Positions 8,631 through 18,493 of a stretch of 39,860 bases of DNA are shown here, one piece after another. The notes beneath the pieces were generated by a model. That model made no database searches. It was not told where the DNA came from and was given only the letters and a program-made list of their open reading frames with translations. Location: contig JBKHVI010000023.1 in NCBI GenBank assembly GCA_046570105.1, positions 1-39,860 on the forward strand, read 5' to 3'. The translations under genes and the position numbers were made by a program. Numbering within the stretch: position 1 is the stretch's first letter; each line of letters starts with the position of its first letter. This DNA is from Bacteriovoracia bacterium (GTDB lineage: Bacteria > Bdellovibrionota > Bacteriovoracia > Bacteriovoracales > Bacteriovoracaceae).

Positions 8631-9549
8631 AGTCTTTTCCGCGCTGAATATCTTTTTTAATTTGTTCAATTAAGTCGTTAACAGTTGAGAACTTCTTTTC
8701 TGCTCTTAAGCGTTCAAGAAATCTTACTTCCAAAGTTTCACCATAGAGATCTTCCTCGAAATCAATAAGATGAGTTTCAATTGTTAACTTCTTATCATCT
8801 TTAAAAGTTGGGTTATGACCGATGTTGGTCACGGATCTATATGTCATTTTTTTTGTCGAAGTTTCTGTGACATATACTCCACCGGCCGGATGAATAATAT
8901 CATTATCAATTTGTAGATTCGCAGTTGGTACACCAATTCTCTTACCTCTACCTTCACCTTTCACAACTATCCCTTCAATTGAGAACGGGCGGCCGAGTAG
9001 TTCCCGCGCTTTGAGCATGTCTCCTGCTGATAAGGCATTTCGTATTAAAGTAGAAGAAACTTTTTGATTAGCGGCAGAAAAGACACCGCACTCCTCAACA
9101 ATTATCCCTTTCCCAGCACAATGCTTTTTTACAATATCTGCATCGCCTTGCTTGTTCGCGCCAAAAGCAAAATCCCAACCGAGATATATCCCTTTCAAAG
9201 CAGGATAAATAAGGATGTATTTATCAAGAAATTCTGTAGCACTTAAAGTACTAAAATCTCTATTAAATGGTAGTTCAATCAAAAAATCTATACCCAGATC
9301 GGATAGCCAAGTGCGCCTTTGTTCATAACTACTTAATAGGAATCCCTCTGTATGATTTTGTAGTATCTTTCGAGGATGCGGTATGAATGTAACAATACCT
9401 AGTACTTGATTAGCGTCTGTGGTTTTTTTTCTAAGCTCTGCTATTAGTTGCTGGTGACCAAGGTGCACTCCATCAAAGTTCCCAAAAGTTATGGCAAGAG
9501 AAGGAGATCCATGATGAATTAAGTCCGCAAGACTTTCAAGAATCTGCAT
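8617..9549 (-). CDS. ribF: Bifunctional riboflavin kinase/FAD synthetase
   Basis: GNFDGVHLGH, DFAFG, VSSTLIR, GRGKRIGVPTAN, NIGHNPTF, ETHL. Confidence 0.96.
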   Translation of the reverse strand: MQILESLADLIHHGSPSLAITFGNFDGVHLGHQQLIAELRKKTTDANQVLGIVTFIPHPRKILQNHTEGFLLSSYEQRRTWLSDLGIDFLIELPFNRDFSTLSATEFLDKYILIYPALKGIYLGWDFAFGANKQGDADIVKKHCAGKGIIVEECGVFSAANQKVSSTLIRNALSAGDMLKARELLGRPFSIEGIVVKGEGRGKRIGVPTANLQIDNDIIHPAGGVYVTETSTKKMTYRSVTNIGHNPTFKDDKKLTIETHLIDFEEDLYGETLEVRFLERLRAEKKFSTVNDLIEQIKKDIQRGKDYVLS

Positions 9550-11200
9550 ACTTTCTCCTGATTTCTTTCTTTAATTCACGAGCGTATTTTCCTTCTAGCT
9601 TTAACTCTTGCACTCCACTTTGTTTACCATATTCTTGACGCATTAGTTTTTGTACAAGATCTAAATAATAAGCTTTCGTTTGTGTACTTAAATGAGAGGC
9701 TTGAATTATTTTTTCCAAGTTATCACTTTCGCCTTGAGCAAGGTGATAAAAGACTTTGAGTAATGACGAATTTGATACTTGCTGGTTCTGCATCACCTTA
9801 ATTTCTTGAACCCATGACTCGTTTGATTTTAAGTTTGGAACGAGTTCTTTTCCCTTCCATGAAACAACAAGAACGATTACTACGGCTAACAAGCTCCACC
9901 AAAAGCTCATTTGAGACCACCAGGCAACAGATTGTAACTCAACAGGTGGATCCGTATTTTTCTTTATATCCGCAACTTCTTGCTTTTCGTTTTTTTGGTC
10001 TTTAGTTGTTGCGATTGTTGGATTGGCAATTCCCGCAACCTTAAGAGAGGGTATTTCCTGCTTAAATGTTTCATAACGATTAGTTTCGGGATCAAAATAA
10101 CTTAACTCAAAGGGAACACTTTTCACTTCACCTGGTGCTTTCCCAAGGTAAGTATATTCAAACGTCTTAATTGCATTCTCGCCACCGACTAAACCTAAAT
10201 CTGACTTTGCATCAAATCTCTCTAATTGGGGAACGTCCCAAAGAGGAGGGGCCTCCATATTCTCAAGATTCCCCGTTCCACTTACTGTTAACTTCGCCTC
10301 AAGGGGTTCGTTTACAAGCAAGTTAGACCTTCCCACCTTGAGTTCAACTTTATGCTTACCAACCAACCCCCTAAAGGATGCAGGTCTACCTACCAAAGGC
10401 AGAGGCTTAACAACTACCTTTACGGGAGCGCTGGAGATTGTACGTGTTTTTAAATCGCGCATTCCAGACCCGAATGCAAAACTTAAATTCCCAAACGGAT
10501 CACTTGTATATGTCGTACTGATGTCCATGGGGTCAACAATGAGTGTTCCTGATTTTTCTGGATATAGTCTCGCTGTATAAATCTGTGATCGCCTAAAGAG
10601 CTCACCATTCACCGAAACACGTTGTGGATTTTCGCTCTCATTTAAGTAGCGTTTCATAAATCCATCTAGCTTTGGATATTTTTTTATATCGAATGATTGC
10701 AAAGTAACTTTTGTATATATGAAATATCTTACTGTTACTCCTTCACCCTCATAGACTTCTTTTTTGGGAACATCCGCTTCCAAGAAAACGACTGTCGGCT
10801 CTTTTCTAGCCTCCAATACATCAATCCCAACCGTAGGCTCTCGAATCGTTTTTCCATCAATCTTAACCACCACATCACGAAGTGATATTCTGCCAACTCT
10901 ATCTGCCCTGGCCTCATAAACGATCAACAATTCACGCTGTGTGGTTAAAGTTCCATTTTGATATATCGTTTTAGTAGAAAGACCCTGAACATGCTTACCC
11001 AGAACATCAAAACCATCGGGCTTAAATGTAATACTTGGCTCGGATGATCCCTTGGTTTGGCACTTGAAAATAATTTGAAAGACTTCGCCTTTTACCGGAT
11101 CCCTTGGGCTAGTCTCAACAACTACGTCATCCTGTCCAAACGCAGAGGACATCATGAATAATAAAGTAATCAAAAGGCAGATGAGATTTCTCATTACCAA
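9536..11200 (-). CDS. BatD family protein
   Basis: Signal peptide, repeated beta-rich Ig-like domains (VYEGE.V.VRY, PL...P..F.G.VG, SGTGNL, YFDPE...Y), C-terminal TM; last gene of the Bat cluster. Start may be 11194. Confidence 0.8.
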   Translation of the reverse strand: MVMRNLICLLITLLFMMSSAFGQDDVVVETSPRDPVKGEVFQIIFKCQTKGSSEPSITFKPDGFDVLGKHVQGLSTKTIYQNGTLTTQRELLIVYEARADRVGRISLRDVVVKIDGKTIREPTVGIDVLEARKEPTVVFLEADVPKKEVYEGEGVTVRYFIYTKVTLQSFDIKKYPKLDGFMKRYLNESENPQRVSVNGELFRRSQIYTARLYPEKSGTLIVDPMDISTTYTSDPFGNLSFAFGSGMRDLKTRTISSAPVKVVVKPLPLVGRPASFRGLVGKHKVELKVGRSNLLVNEPLEAKLTVSGTGNLENMEAPPLWDVPQLERFDAKSDLGLVGGENAIKTFEYTYLGKAPGEVKSVPFELSYFDPETNRYETFKQEIPSLKVAGIANPTIATTKDQKNEKQEVADIKKNTDPPVELQSVAWWSQMSFWWSLLAVVIVLVVSWKGKELVPNLKSNESWVQEIKVMQNQQVSNSSLLKVFYHLAQGESDNLEKIIQASHLSTQTKAYYLDLVQKLMRQEYGKQSGVQELKLEGKYARELKKEIRRKYADS

Positions 11201-12957
11201 TCCTTTTTCTTTGCACCAGTTCTTTTCTGAGTCGAAGTATCGAGCAATTTGAGCTGTAACTTTCTATCATCTTGCTTTAACTGCTCAAGCAGTGGTGAGG
11301 CCTTCGCTCGCTTTTTCTTTTCGTCTCCGCCTTCTGGCTCACCCGGTTCCTGCTGCTCTTTTTTCTCTTCGTTATCCTGTGGACTATCGCTTTTTTCTTC
11401 ACCTTGATCTGTTTTGTCTTTGTCTTTGTTTTTTGGATCAAACGGGTTTTTATTTTCTTTGTTATCCTCACCTTTTCCCTCAGATCCCTCTTTACTCTGA
11501 TCTTTGGATTGTCCACCTTCACCTTTACCACTACTTCCAGAATTCTTTTGTTCTTGATTTTTATCTTTGTCCTGATCTTTGTCTTTGTTTTCGCCACTCT
11601 TTTTGTCTTGTTGCGGAGGAACGAGTGCGCGACGAATGTTCTGTTTCATTTTCTCTACTATCTCAGGTGACAACTCACCACGCTTAGCCAAATCATCAAG
11701 CTTTCCATATTTATCCAAGGCCCCTGGTATTTTTCCAACCTCTAGCTCCGAAGTGGCCCAATTAAAATAGGACTCTTCATTCTCTTTTAAATTTTCACCT
11801 TCCAGATTTTCTTGATAAAGCTTTTGGGCTAAATCGTGTTCTTTGATCTTGATCAATTGGTCAGCTAGATTAATTTTTTCTTGTTGATCGAGTTCACCGG
11901 CCTTTAATTGACTGATTCTTTTCAAGATTTCAGGTGGTATTTCCTTTTTTTCTTCAGCAAATCCTATTCCACTAATAAGTAGTATTGAGAGTGCGAAGGG
12001 CCTAAAGAATCTTAAACCAAACGCTAGACCCATTAAAATTAGTCCAGGAATTGCCCAGCGCTCCATCGCAACAGGCCTAATCACATTCTCGCCTTCCTTG
12101 CTTTCAGCCTTTTTTGAATTTAAGAAGTTAAGTATTTGGTCCGTCGGGAGGTCATAACTTTGAGCAAAGAAATATGTCGCATTTTTTTGATCTTTTACTG
12201 CATTCTTAAAAAAATCTTCATTAAGCTTAGAAATAACATTCACCCCCAAGCTCCGCTTAACACCGTAATACATCCCCGAGTTATCTCTCATGGGAACTGT
12301 TCCACCATCCTTAGTACCAATTGCAACTAGCGCCAAATTTATCCCATCTGGCACCTTGAAGGCTTCTGTGTCTGCATTATCTTCACCGTCAGTGATAACA
12401 ACAATATTTCCAATAACCGTTTTGTCTTTTACATCAAAATATCTTACGGCTTCTTCGATTGCTATTCCGATAGATGTGCCTGCGTTCATATTTCGAAGCT
12501 GTTTTACGCTATCAATCCTGGCATCAAGCAGATCTATGTCAGTGGTAAATGGAACTAGCTTTTTAGTAATATCTGCAAAAACCATTACGCTAACATGGTG
12601 GCCCACTGCTTTTCGTACAAAGTGTTTTGCTACAAGAACGGCTTTTTCTAAACGATTTGGTCTTACATCTTCAACCAACATTGATGTGGATGTATCTATA
12701 AGTAAAATTGTCTTTTCTTGACGTACCTTTCCCTTGATCTTAATTTCTTTTTCTCTAGGATCAAGGGCGACAATCATCACCAAAACTATACCAAGCACCA
12801 AGGCTATACTAGAAAGCTTGTTAATTATTGATCTTTCAAAGAACCAATAATGCTTTACCCATTTAAAAAAACCACTTTCGAGCCAAATATATATTACAAC
12901 TACTGCAATAATAGACGTAATAACCCATGGTAAGTTGTCTAATTGTATGAAGTTCAT
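11194..12957 (-). CDS. BatB/BatC-like fusion: VWA + TM + TPR + charged low-complexity linker
   Basis: MIDAS DTSTS/T/ITDGE, EDVRPNRL, TPR-like helices (ESYFNWA), Q/K/D/E-rich tail ending KKDW as in BatC. Confidence 0.8.
   Translation of the reverse strand: MNFIQLDNLPWVITSIIAVVVIYIWLESGFFKWVKHYWFFERSIINKLSSIALVLGIVLVMIVALDPREKEIKIKGKVRQEKTILLIDTSTSMLVEDVRPNRLEKAVLVAKHFVRKAVGHHVSVMVFADITKKLVPFTTDIDLLDARIDSVKQLRNMNAGTSIGIAIEEAVRYFDVKDKTVIGNIVVITDGEDNADTEAFKVPDGINLALVAIGTKDGGTVPMRDNSGMYYGVKRSLGVNVISKLNEDFFKNAVKDQKNATYFFAQSYDLPTDQILNFLNSKKAESKEGENVIRPVAMERWAIPGLILMGLAFGLRFFRPFALSILLISGIGFAEEKKEIPPEILKRISQLKAGELDQQEKINLADQLIKIKEHDLAQKLYQENLEGENLKENEESYFNWATSELEVGKIPGALDKYGKLDDLAKRGELSPEIVEKMKQNIRRALVPPQQDKKSGENKDKDQDKDKNQEQKNSGSSGKGEGGQSKDQSKEGSEGKGEDNKENKNPFDPKNKDKDKTDQGEEKSDSPQDNEEKKEQQEPGEPEGGDEKKKRAKASPLLEQLKQDDRKLQLKLLDTSTQKRTGAKKKDW
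11300..11615 (-). repeat. Low-complexity coding stretch (KDKD/QDK/EG repeats)
   Basis: Protein reads QDKKSGENKDKDQDKDKNQEQK...NKDKDKTDQGEEK; imperfect ctttgt repeats on the + strand. Confidence 0.75.
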
Positions 12958-13931
12958 ATTGCTTCTCTCAATAGAAGTCTTCTTAGGAACTCTGCCAAAA
13001 GAAATAGCGCTAAGCCTGTCACAAAGAACGAGTAGTAGTGTTCTTCATATATCACTTGGTTTTCAACTTTAATTTCTGTTCGCTCAAGAGTATCGATGTC
13101 TGCAAAAACTCGACTCAATGCTTCCTCATCAGTCGCAGGATAAAATTTTCCACCTGTAAGCGTTGAAATCTCTTTGAGCGTTTTGTAATCAATCGATCCG
13201 CCAGGAATTAATTGATACTGAGTTCCAAACACTGATTTACCAACAGGTATTTTAGCATCATCCTGGCTGCCCACACCTATTGTATAAACTTTGATATTTT
13301 GTTTTTTTGCTTCTTCGGCTGCTTGTAGTGGAGTCATGTTGCCTACGTTTGCAACACCATCCGTCAGCAAAACAATTACTTTGTTTTTCGTATCTGAGTC
13401 TGCTGCACGCGCCACACCTAGTGCTAAGCCATCCCCTAGATTAGTGCCACTACCGAGATACCCAATATCGATATCAGCTATTACTTTGTCTAAGAGCCCT
13501 GGGTCAGTAGATAGTGGCAACAAGGTAAAAACTTTCTCGGAAAAAATGATTAGTCCTACTCGGTCGGTTACACGCTTTTTAGCAAAATCCCTTAATTGTG
13601 TTTTCGTTACTTCTAGACGATTGGGCTTCAGGTCTTCTGCAAGCATAGATCGAGACACATCTACGACAAGAATTATATCAATTACATCCTTACTGGCCGG
13701 GCTATAGGTGTTTGCGGTTCGTGGCTGAGTTAATGAATAACTTAGATAGCCCCAACCAATGAGTCCCACAATAAAAAGAACAATTTTAAGAATGGGTTGC
13801 CATGCACGACGACGGCCTCTTTGAAATCCTAAGCCTAACATTTGCTGGTGAAATAATTTCCAATAGTCTACAGACCAGAGGATGGCAACAAATGCACCTA
13901 ACAAGAAAAGCCATGGTGCTTTATACTCCAT
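12954..13931 (-). CDS. BatA family VWA protein
   Basis: N-terminal double TM, MIDAS DVSRS/GTNLG/LLTDG, EDLKPNRL, IKVYTIGVG, C-terminal TM. Start set at ATG 13931 (MEYKAPW). Confidence 0.88.
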   Translation of the reverse strand: MEYKAPWLFLLGAFVAILWSVDYWKLFHQQMLGLGFQRGRRRAWQPILKIVLFIVGLIGWGYLSYSLTQPRTANTYSPASKDVIDIILVVDVSRSMLAEDLKPNRLEVTKTQLRDFAKKRVTDRVGLIIFSEKVFTLLPLSTDPGLLDKVIADIDIGYLGSGTNLGDGLALGVARAADSDTKNKVIVLLTDGVANVGNMTPLQAAEEAKKQNIKVYTIGVGSQDDAKIPVGKSVFGTQYQLIPGGSIDYKTLKEISTLTGGKFYPATDEEALSRVFADIDTLERTEIKVENQVIYEEHYYSFFVTGLALFLLAEFLRRLLLREAI

Positions 13932-14697
13932 GTTTCTCCTCATCTAATGCAGTTAAAAGCTTACTTTTCGCTACACTTAATTGTGCTAACTCACTTTCAT
14001 TTACATGGGGCTTAAATTGGTAACGATTAAGTTCATCATAAAAAGCACGTAAATTGGATTCATGACCCGCAAAAACTTGCTTCAATTCGTCTCTTTTTAT
14101 CCACAACAAAGCAAATTCTTGGATATTTTGAGCACGAAGAATCTCCTCTCTAAGCTGAATCTTTTTATTCTTTTCAGCTAGGGCCAATCTTTTTGCCTTC
14201 AGTACAATATAAACGAGTCTTCCAAGTACTGAGCTCACAAATATCAAAATTAACAGCGTAAGTGGCCAATTCTTAATCCACCAAGACCGACTAAAAAGAG
14301 GTACATCTTCATAGCTGAATTCTTTAGGAGTCGCTTCCGGACTTGGATTCCAGAGCCAACCTTTGAATTGAAACTGAACAGATCCTTGATCACTGGAATA
14401 GCTGTAGACTTTATCAGGTGAAAAATTTTTTCCAAATACGATTTTCCCACGAAGGCCCCATCCTTCTTTGTTCTTAGTCCACGGCCCTAGTGAATATATA
14501 TAGAACGAATCAGCATCACCAAGAAGTTGTATCGACTTGGGAGTGTAGTTTACGATGACATTTTCATCTCTTGTTTGAATGAGGGTATCTGCAACTTCTC
14601 CAGGCTTAACAGTGGTAGCTTGCTCTACTGGATGCACTTCGAATTGGGCAAATGAGATTCTTGAAATGAAAACCAATAAAAAGAATAACGATTTCAT
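13921..14697 (-). CDS. Bat-cluster membrane protein (signal peptide + one TM)
   Basis: Signal peptide, periplasmic beta domain, TM at about aa 145-166; occupies the usual slot between DUF58 and batA. Confidence 0.6.
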   Translation of the reverse strand: MKSLFFLLVFISRISFAQFEVHPVEQATTVKPGEVADTLIQTRDENVIVNYTPKSIQLLGDADSFYIYSLGPWTKNKEGWGLRGKIVFGKNFSPDKVYSYSSDQGSVQFQFKGWLWNPSPEATPKEFSYEDVPLFSRSWWIKNWPLTLLILIFVSSVLGRLVYIVLKAKRLALAEKNKKIQLREEILRAQNIQEFALLWIKRDELKQVFAGHESNLRAFYDELNRYQFKPHVNESELAQLSVAKSKLLTALDEEKHGV

Positions 14698-15518
14698 TTC
14701 AGTCTCCGGAGAAACTGCTCAAGATATCTTTCATCACTGCTAATCATAGGAAAACGCCTAAGGGCCAATTCTATTTCTCTGGGTTTACTCAACCCCGCTG
14801 TTTTCCCCAGAGCAACCGAGAATGTATATTTTAGGGGTTCAGTATCTAGCGGAGATAACAATCTCATTCCGTGAAATTTGGCATCTTGCGACAGCTGATG
14901 AAATTCTTTTGAGCGCGCCACATTGGCCATATCCCCAAGATAAACGACTTCTTTTTTGCGAGAAAGTTGTTTCTTGAGTTCATGAACAACAGTATTTGGA
15001 TCGTTCTCTTTCAACTCAAACTGTTTCTGGAGATTCACCTTTCCACCTGGCATTAGAAGATTCATTTTTTCAAGCCAGGAAATGAATAGAATAAGACCTT
15101 CCCTCCCTTTTTTGTTCGGAAGTTCATACTTGTTACCATTTTGTAACATTACGATTCGAACCAAATCATGTGTTTCTTGAGCCAGAAGATATAAGAGAGC
15201 ACAAACTTCAAAAGCCATCTGCAGCTTTGTTACACCTGCCGAACCATAGAAACAGGAAGGACTTAAATCGATAAACACACAGATCTCAACGTTTCGGTCT
15301 TCTTCGAATGTCTTTAGATATATATGGGTAGAGCGTGCAGAAACCTTCCAATCAATAAATCTTACATCATCACCATGGGTATAAATTTGGTGATCACGGA
15401 ATTGTAGCCCTGCCCCCTTGAAACGCGAGCGCATGGCCCCAGCCGCAATACTATTCGCATTACGGAATACGGCATGCTGAACTGATGCTACAACTCTTTC
15501 AATTTCTTTGATATCCAT
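14694..15518 (-). CDS. DUF58 family protein (MoxR-associated)
   Basis: SRFKGAGLQF, Y.HGDDVRFIDWKVSAR, KTFEEDR, IDLSPS. Confidence 0.92.
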   Translation of the reverse strand: MDIKEIERVVASVQHAVFRNANSIAAGAMRSRFKGAGLQFRDHQIYTHGDDVRFIDWKVSARSTHIYLKTFEEDRNVEICVFIDLSPSCFYGSAGVTKLQMAFEVCALLYLLAQETHDLVRIVMLQNGNKYELPNKKGREGLILFISWLEKMNLLMPGGKVNLQKQFELKENDPNTVVHELKKQLSRKKEVVYLGDMANVARSKEFHQLSQDAKFHGMRLLSPLDTEPLKYTFSVALGKTAGLSKPREIELALRRFPMISSDERYLEQFLRRLK

Positions 15519-15522
15519 TCAA

Positions 15523-16464
15523 TTAAAGTGCTGAGAGAGCAATCTCCTTAACCAGTTGACGTGTATTTACTTTATCTAATACTGCTTCATAACTTGGAAT
15601 TACACGATGAGCGAGAACAGCTGGCACAACAGAAAGTACATGCTCAGGGGTCACAAAATCCTTACCATCCATAAACGCTCTAAACTTTGCCAATTTATAT
15701 AACCAAATACTTGCTCGCGGCGAAGCTCCTGCCAACAGTATACCCTCGCGTTTTTTGTCAAACCAACGCGTTCCAGGACGTGTCGCATGCACCATACGAA
15801 CAATAACATCTTTGATTTTTTCATCTGCATATATTTTTTCGACTTCAGCTTTAACATTCGCAAAATCTTGTTGATGCAAGACTGGCTTCAGGTCGAGATA
15901 CTCGTGCTTCAAACTTAAAATTGATTTTTCTGCTTCATAGTCCGGATACTCCACATGAACTTTCATCATAAAGCGATCTAGCTGCGCTTCCGGCAAGTTA
16001 TATGTACCCTCTTGTTCAATTGGGTTCTGTGTAGCCAGAACAACGAAAGGTGTGGGTAGACGGTGCGTTTTATCACCAATCGTAACTTGTTTTTCGGCCA
16101 TAGCTTCAAGTAACGCAGATTGAACTTTGGCCGGTGAGCGATTAATTTCATCCGCCAAGACGATCTGCGAAAAGATCGGACCAAACTTTGTCGAGAACTC
16201 TTGCTTTGCCTGATTGTAAATCAGCGTACCGATCAGGTCTGAAGGAAGTAAGTCTGGGGTAAATTGAACTCTTTGGAATTGAAGATCGCAAAGCCTACTC
16301 ATCACTGAAACGCTCATGGTTTTACCAAGACCTGGCATACCTTCAATCAAAATATGACCTTCACAAACCAGTGCAGCCAAGATGGCTTCAAGCATATCAT
16401 CTTGTCCGTATACGACAGATTTCGCTTCTTTTAAGATTTTGTGCATTTTTTCAAGATTCGACAT
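15523..16464 (-). CDS. moxR: MoxR family AAA+ ATPase
   Basis: GHILIEGMPGLGKT, RVQFTPDLLPSD, LADEINR, ATQNPIEQEGTY.LPEAQLDRF, GASPR. Confidence 0.95.
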   Translation of the reverse strand: MSNLEKMHKILKEAKSVVYGQDDMLEAILAALVCEGHILIEGMPGLGKTMSVSVMSRLCDLQFQRVQFTPDLLPSDLIGTLIYNQAKQEFSTKFGPIFSQIVLADEINRSPAKVQSALLEAMAEKQVTIGDKTHRLPTPFVVLATQNPIEQEGTYNLPEAQLDRFMMKVHVEYPDYEAEKSILSLKHEYLDLKPVLHQQDFANVKAEVEKIYADEKIKDVIVRMVHATRPGTRWFDKKREGILLAGASPRASIWLYKLAKFRAFMDGKDFVTPEHVLSVVPAVLAHRVIPSYEAVLDKVNTRQLVKEIALSAL

Positions 16465-16467
16465 TTC

Positions 16468-17664
16468 TTACTCCACTCGTACAAGAACATATTTAATATA
16501 GTTTGCTTTATCATTTAGAGTTCTGACAGGGTGATCCCATCCTTGCATTCCTTGTTCCAAAATTTGAATTGCCCGGCCTTCTTGGCGAGCAGCAATTTGA
16601 ATTGTTTCAAGAAAGGCAGAATAGTCGACATAATGTGTGCAAGAAGCAAAGGCAATGAGCGAATTTTTGTTTGTGATTTTAAGAACTTTCTTATGTAACT
16701 TTTTGTAGCCCTCAATCGCTGCCGCTGTATCCTTTGGCGACTTAGCAAAAGCTGGCGGATCACTCACAATTACATCAAACATTTTCTTCGCTTTGATTGA
16801 ATCATCGAGCCAATCAAAAACATCCTTGCGCTCAAAGAAACCGCGCTCATTAAACAAATTGAGCGCTAGATGCGTGCTCACCATTTCGTTTAAAGGAGCT
16901 TGATCTACAAACCAAACTTCCTTTACTCCCGCCCTGAGAGCGTGAAGGCCCCACGCTCCGCCGTAGCAAAAAAGATCCAGACCTTTTTCTTTTGCGCCTG
17001 TCCATCTTTTCACAGCATTTTCGAATTTCGATCTGTTTTCCCTGTGATCATAGTACCAGCCGTTTTTTTGTAAATTCTTTGCTGGGATTTTATACTTAAA
17101 TTGATTTTCTAATACAGAGAGGTGTTCAAATGGTAACTCTTCTCGATAGTGTGGCAATACTTCGCGACTGCGCTGTTGGGGATGATCAAGAAAGAAACAC
17201 TTCTTTTGAGTGAGTTTTTCTAATAGTTCGCGAATAGTTGTTCGCCATTTATCTATGCCAGCTGTATTCACCTGTATAAGGACTGTATCCTCATATGAAT
17301 CAACAATTAATCCGGGGAGGCCATCAGCCTCTCCAAAGAATAATCTTGATCCACCTTCATATCCTTGAAACATCGCTCTTTTATTGACTGCCATTTCAAT
17401 TTTTTCGCAAATAAATTTTTCAACTGTGTTTTCATCGGGTGGTGAGGTCAGTCTCGTTAGAACTTGCACTGCTGGATATTTGTCTTCTACTAAAGGATTA
17501 GCGAACCCCAGATAAATGCGCTTCTTTTCAACATCTTTAAGCAGAATCCACTCACCTGGTGGTAAGGCTTTGAGATGACCTTCTACTTCTGTTTTAAAAA
17601 GTGAACCACGATCAAATTGAATCTTGTCGATAGCTGCTTTTTTTAATTCTAGTGATTTAAACAT
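16468..17664 (-). CDS. RlmI/RlmK-like class I SAM-dependent rRNA methyltransferase
   Basis: GEADGLPGLIVD, QKNGWYYDHRENR, LDLFCYGG, DVIVSDPPAF, ASC. Confidence 0.85.
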   Translation of the reverse strand: MFKSLELKKAAIDKIQFDRGSLFKTEVEGHLKALPPGEWILLKDVEKKRIYLGFANPLVEDKYPAVQVLTRLTSPPDENTVEKFICEKIEMAVNKRAMFQGYEGGSRLFFGEADGLPGLIVDSYEDTVLIQVNTAGIDKWRTTIRELLEKLTQKKCFFLDHPQQRSREVLPHYREELPFEHLSVLENQFKYKIPAKNLQKNGWYYDHRENRSKFENAVKRWTGAKEKGLDLFCYGGAWGLHALRAGVKEVWFVDQAPLNEMVSTHLALNLFNERGFFERKDVFDWLDDSIKAKKMFDVIVSDPPAFAKSPKDTAAAIEGYKKLHKKVLKITNKNSLIAFASCTHYVDYSAFLETIQIAARQEGRAIQILEQGMQGWDHPVRTLNDKANYIKYVLVRVE

Positions 17665-17670
17665 TGCTAT

Positions 17671-18483
17671 CTAGTTTGCTCCTGCATGACCTAAGAACCA
17701 TTTCATTGCTTCGCTTTGATTTACTTTGTAGTTTTTAAAATAGACTACTTCCTCAACAGTTCTCTCGGCAGGACGAGACTGGCCTTTCTGGTTTAACTTT
17801 TGCTTTGTGATTGTTTTAACCAGTGCAGGTAGTCCAATACCAGACAAAACTTGCCACGATGTGATGCTCTCAGTTTCAATAATCTGTGGACCATGTTGAG
17901 ACTTCGTAGAAGTTTTTGTAACATGTGATCTTGGTTCGCTCCATGCTGACTTCAACCACTCAAAATTTGTTTCTTGTTCGCCAATTGGTTTTTTTGCCAA
18001 AATTTTACTTAATCTATTTTCGCCATCAAACACAAATTCAAACTCAGGAATCGCCTGCTGACCAGTTGGATCTGTCGCAATAACTGTCTTGGCTTTTTTT
18101 GAATCTGTTTTAAATTTGTACCCCTGAAATTTCTTTTCAAGCGGAATTGGAATGATGCTTTCTAATCGACTTAATGTTGCTGCCTTAAGTTCTTCTTTTA
18201 TTTCCCTGAATCCCTCTGGAAGTCCAATAATTTCAATGGCCACTCGCTCTGGTGAACTTGTCCAATAGAGACGGAAAGTTACTTCCTTGAGATGACCAAA
18301 TATCATTTGCTCGTTGAGTTGAGTGGTTACTTGAGGATTAACAATATCTACTACTAGATCCGTTAGCCCTTTTTGTTTTGGTGTGTAGGCTTTCTCTTCA
18401 GATGTTCGCAACAAAGTAGTTGCATCCTGTGCCACCACACCCAAACTAAGCATTAAAGAAAACAGCGTTAATACCACTTTCAT
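17671..18483 (-). CDS. Exported hypothetical protein (beta-rich)
   Basis: SD GAGGAG before ATG 18483; signal peptide MKVVLTLFSLMLSLGVVA|QD; no family recognised. Confidence 0.7.
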   Translation of the reverse strand: MKVVLTLFSLMLSLGVVAQDATTLLRTSEEKAYTPKQKGLTDLVVDIVNPQVTTQLNEQMIFGHLKEVTFRLYWTSSPERVAIEIIGLPEGFREIKEELKAATLSRLESIIPIPLEKKFQGYKFKTDSKKAKTVIATDPTGQQAIPEFEFVFDGENRLSKILAKKPIGEQETNFEWLKSAWSEPRSHVTKTSTKSQHGPQIIETESITSWQVLSGIGLPALVKTITKQKLNQKGQSRPAERTVEEVVYFKNYKVNQSEAMKWFLGHAGAN

Positions 18484-18493
18484 ACGTTTCTCC

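Noticed and set aside
11277..11770. Several overlapping ORFs with repetitive K/T/I or F/V/L content
   Set aside because: Shadow frames of the low-complexity BatC-like linker; not separate genes, a repeat array or CRISPR.
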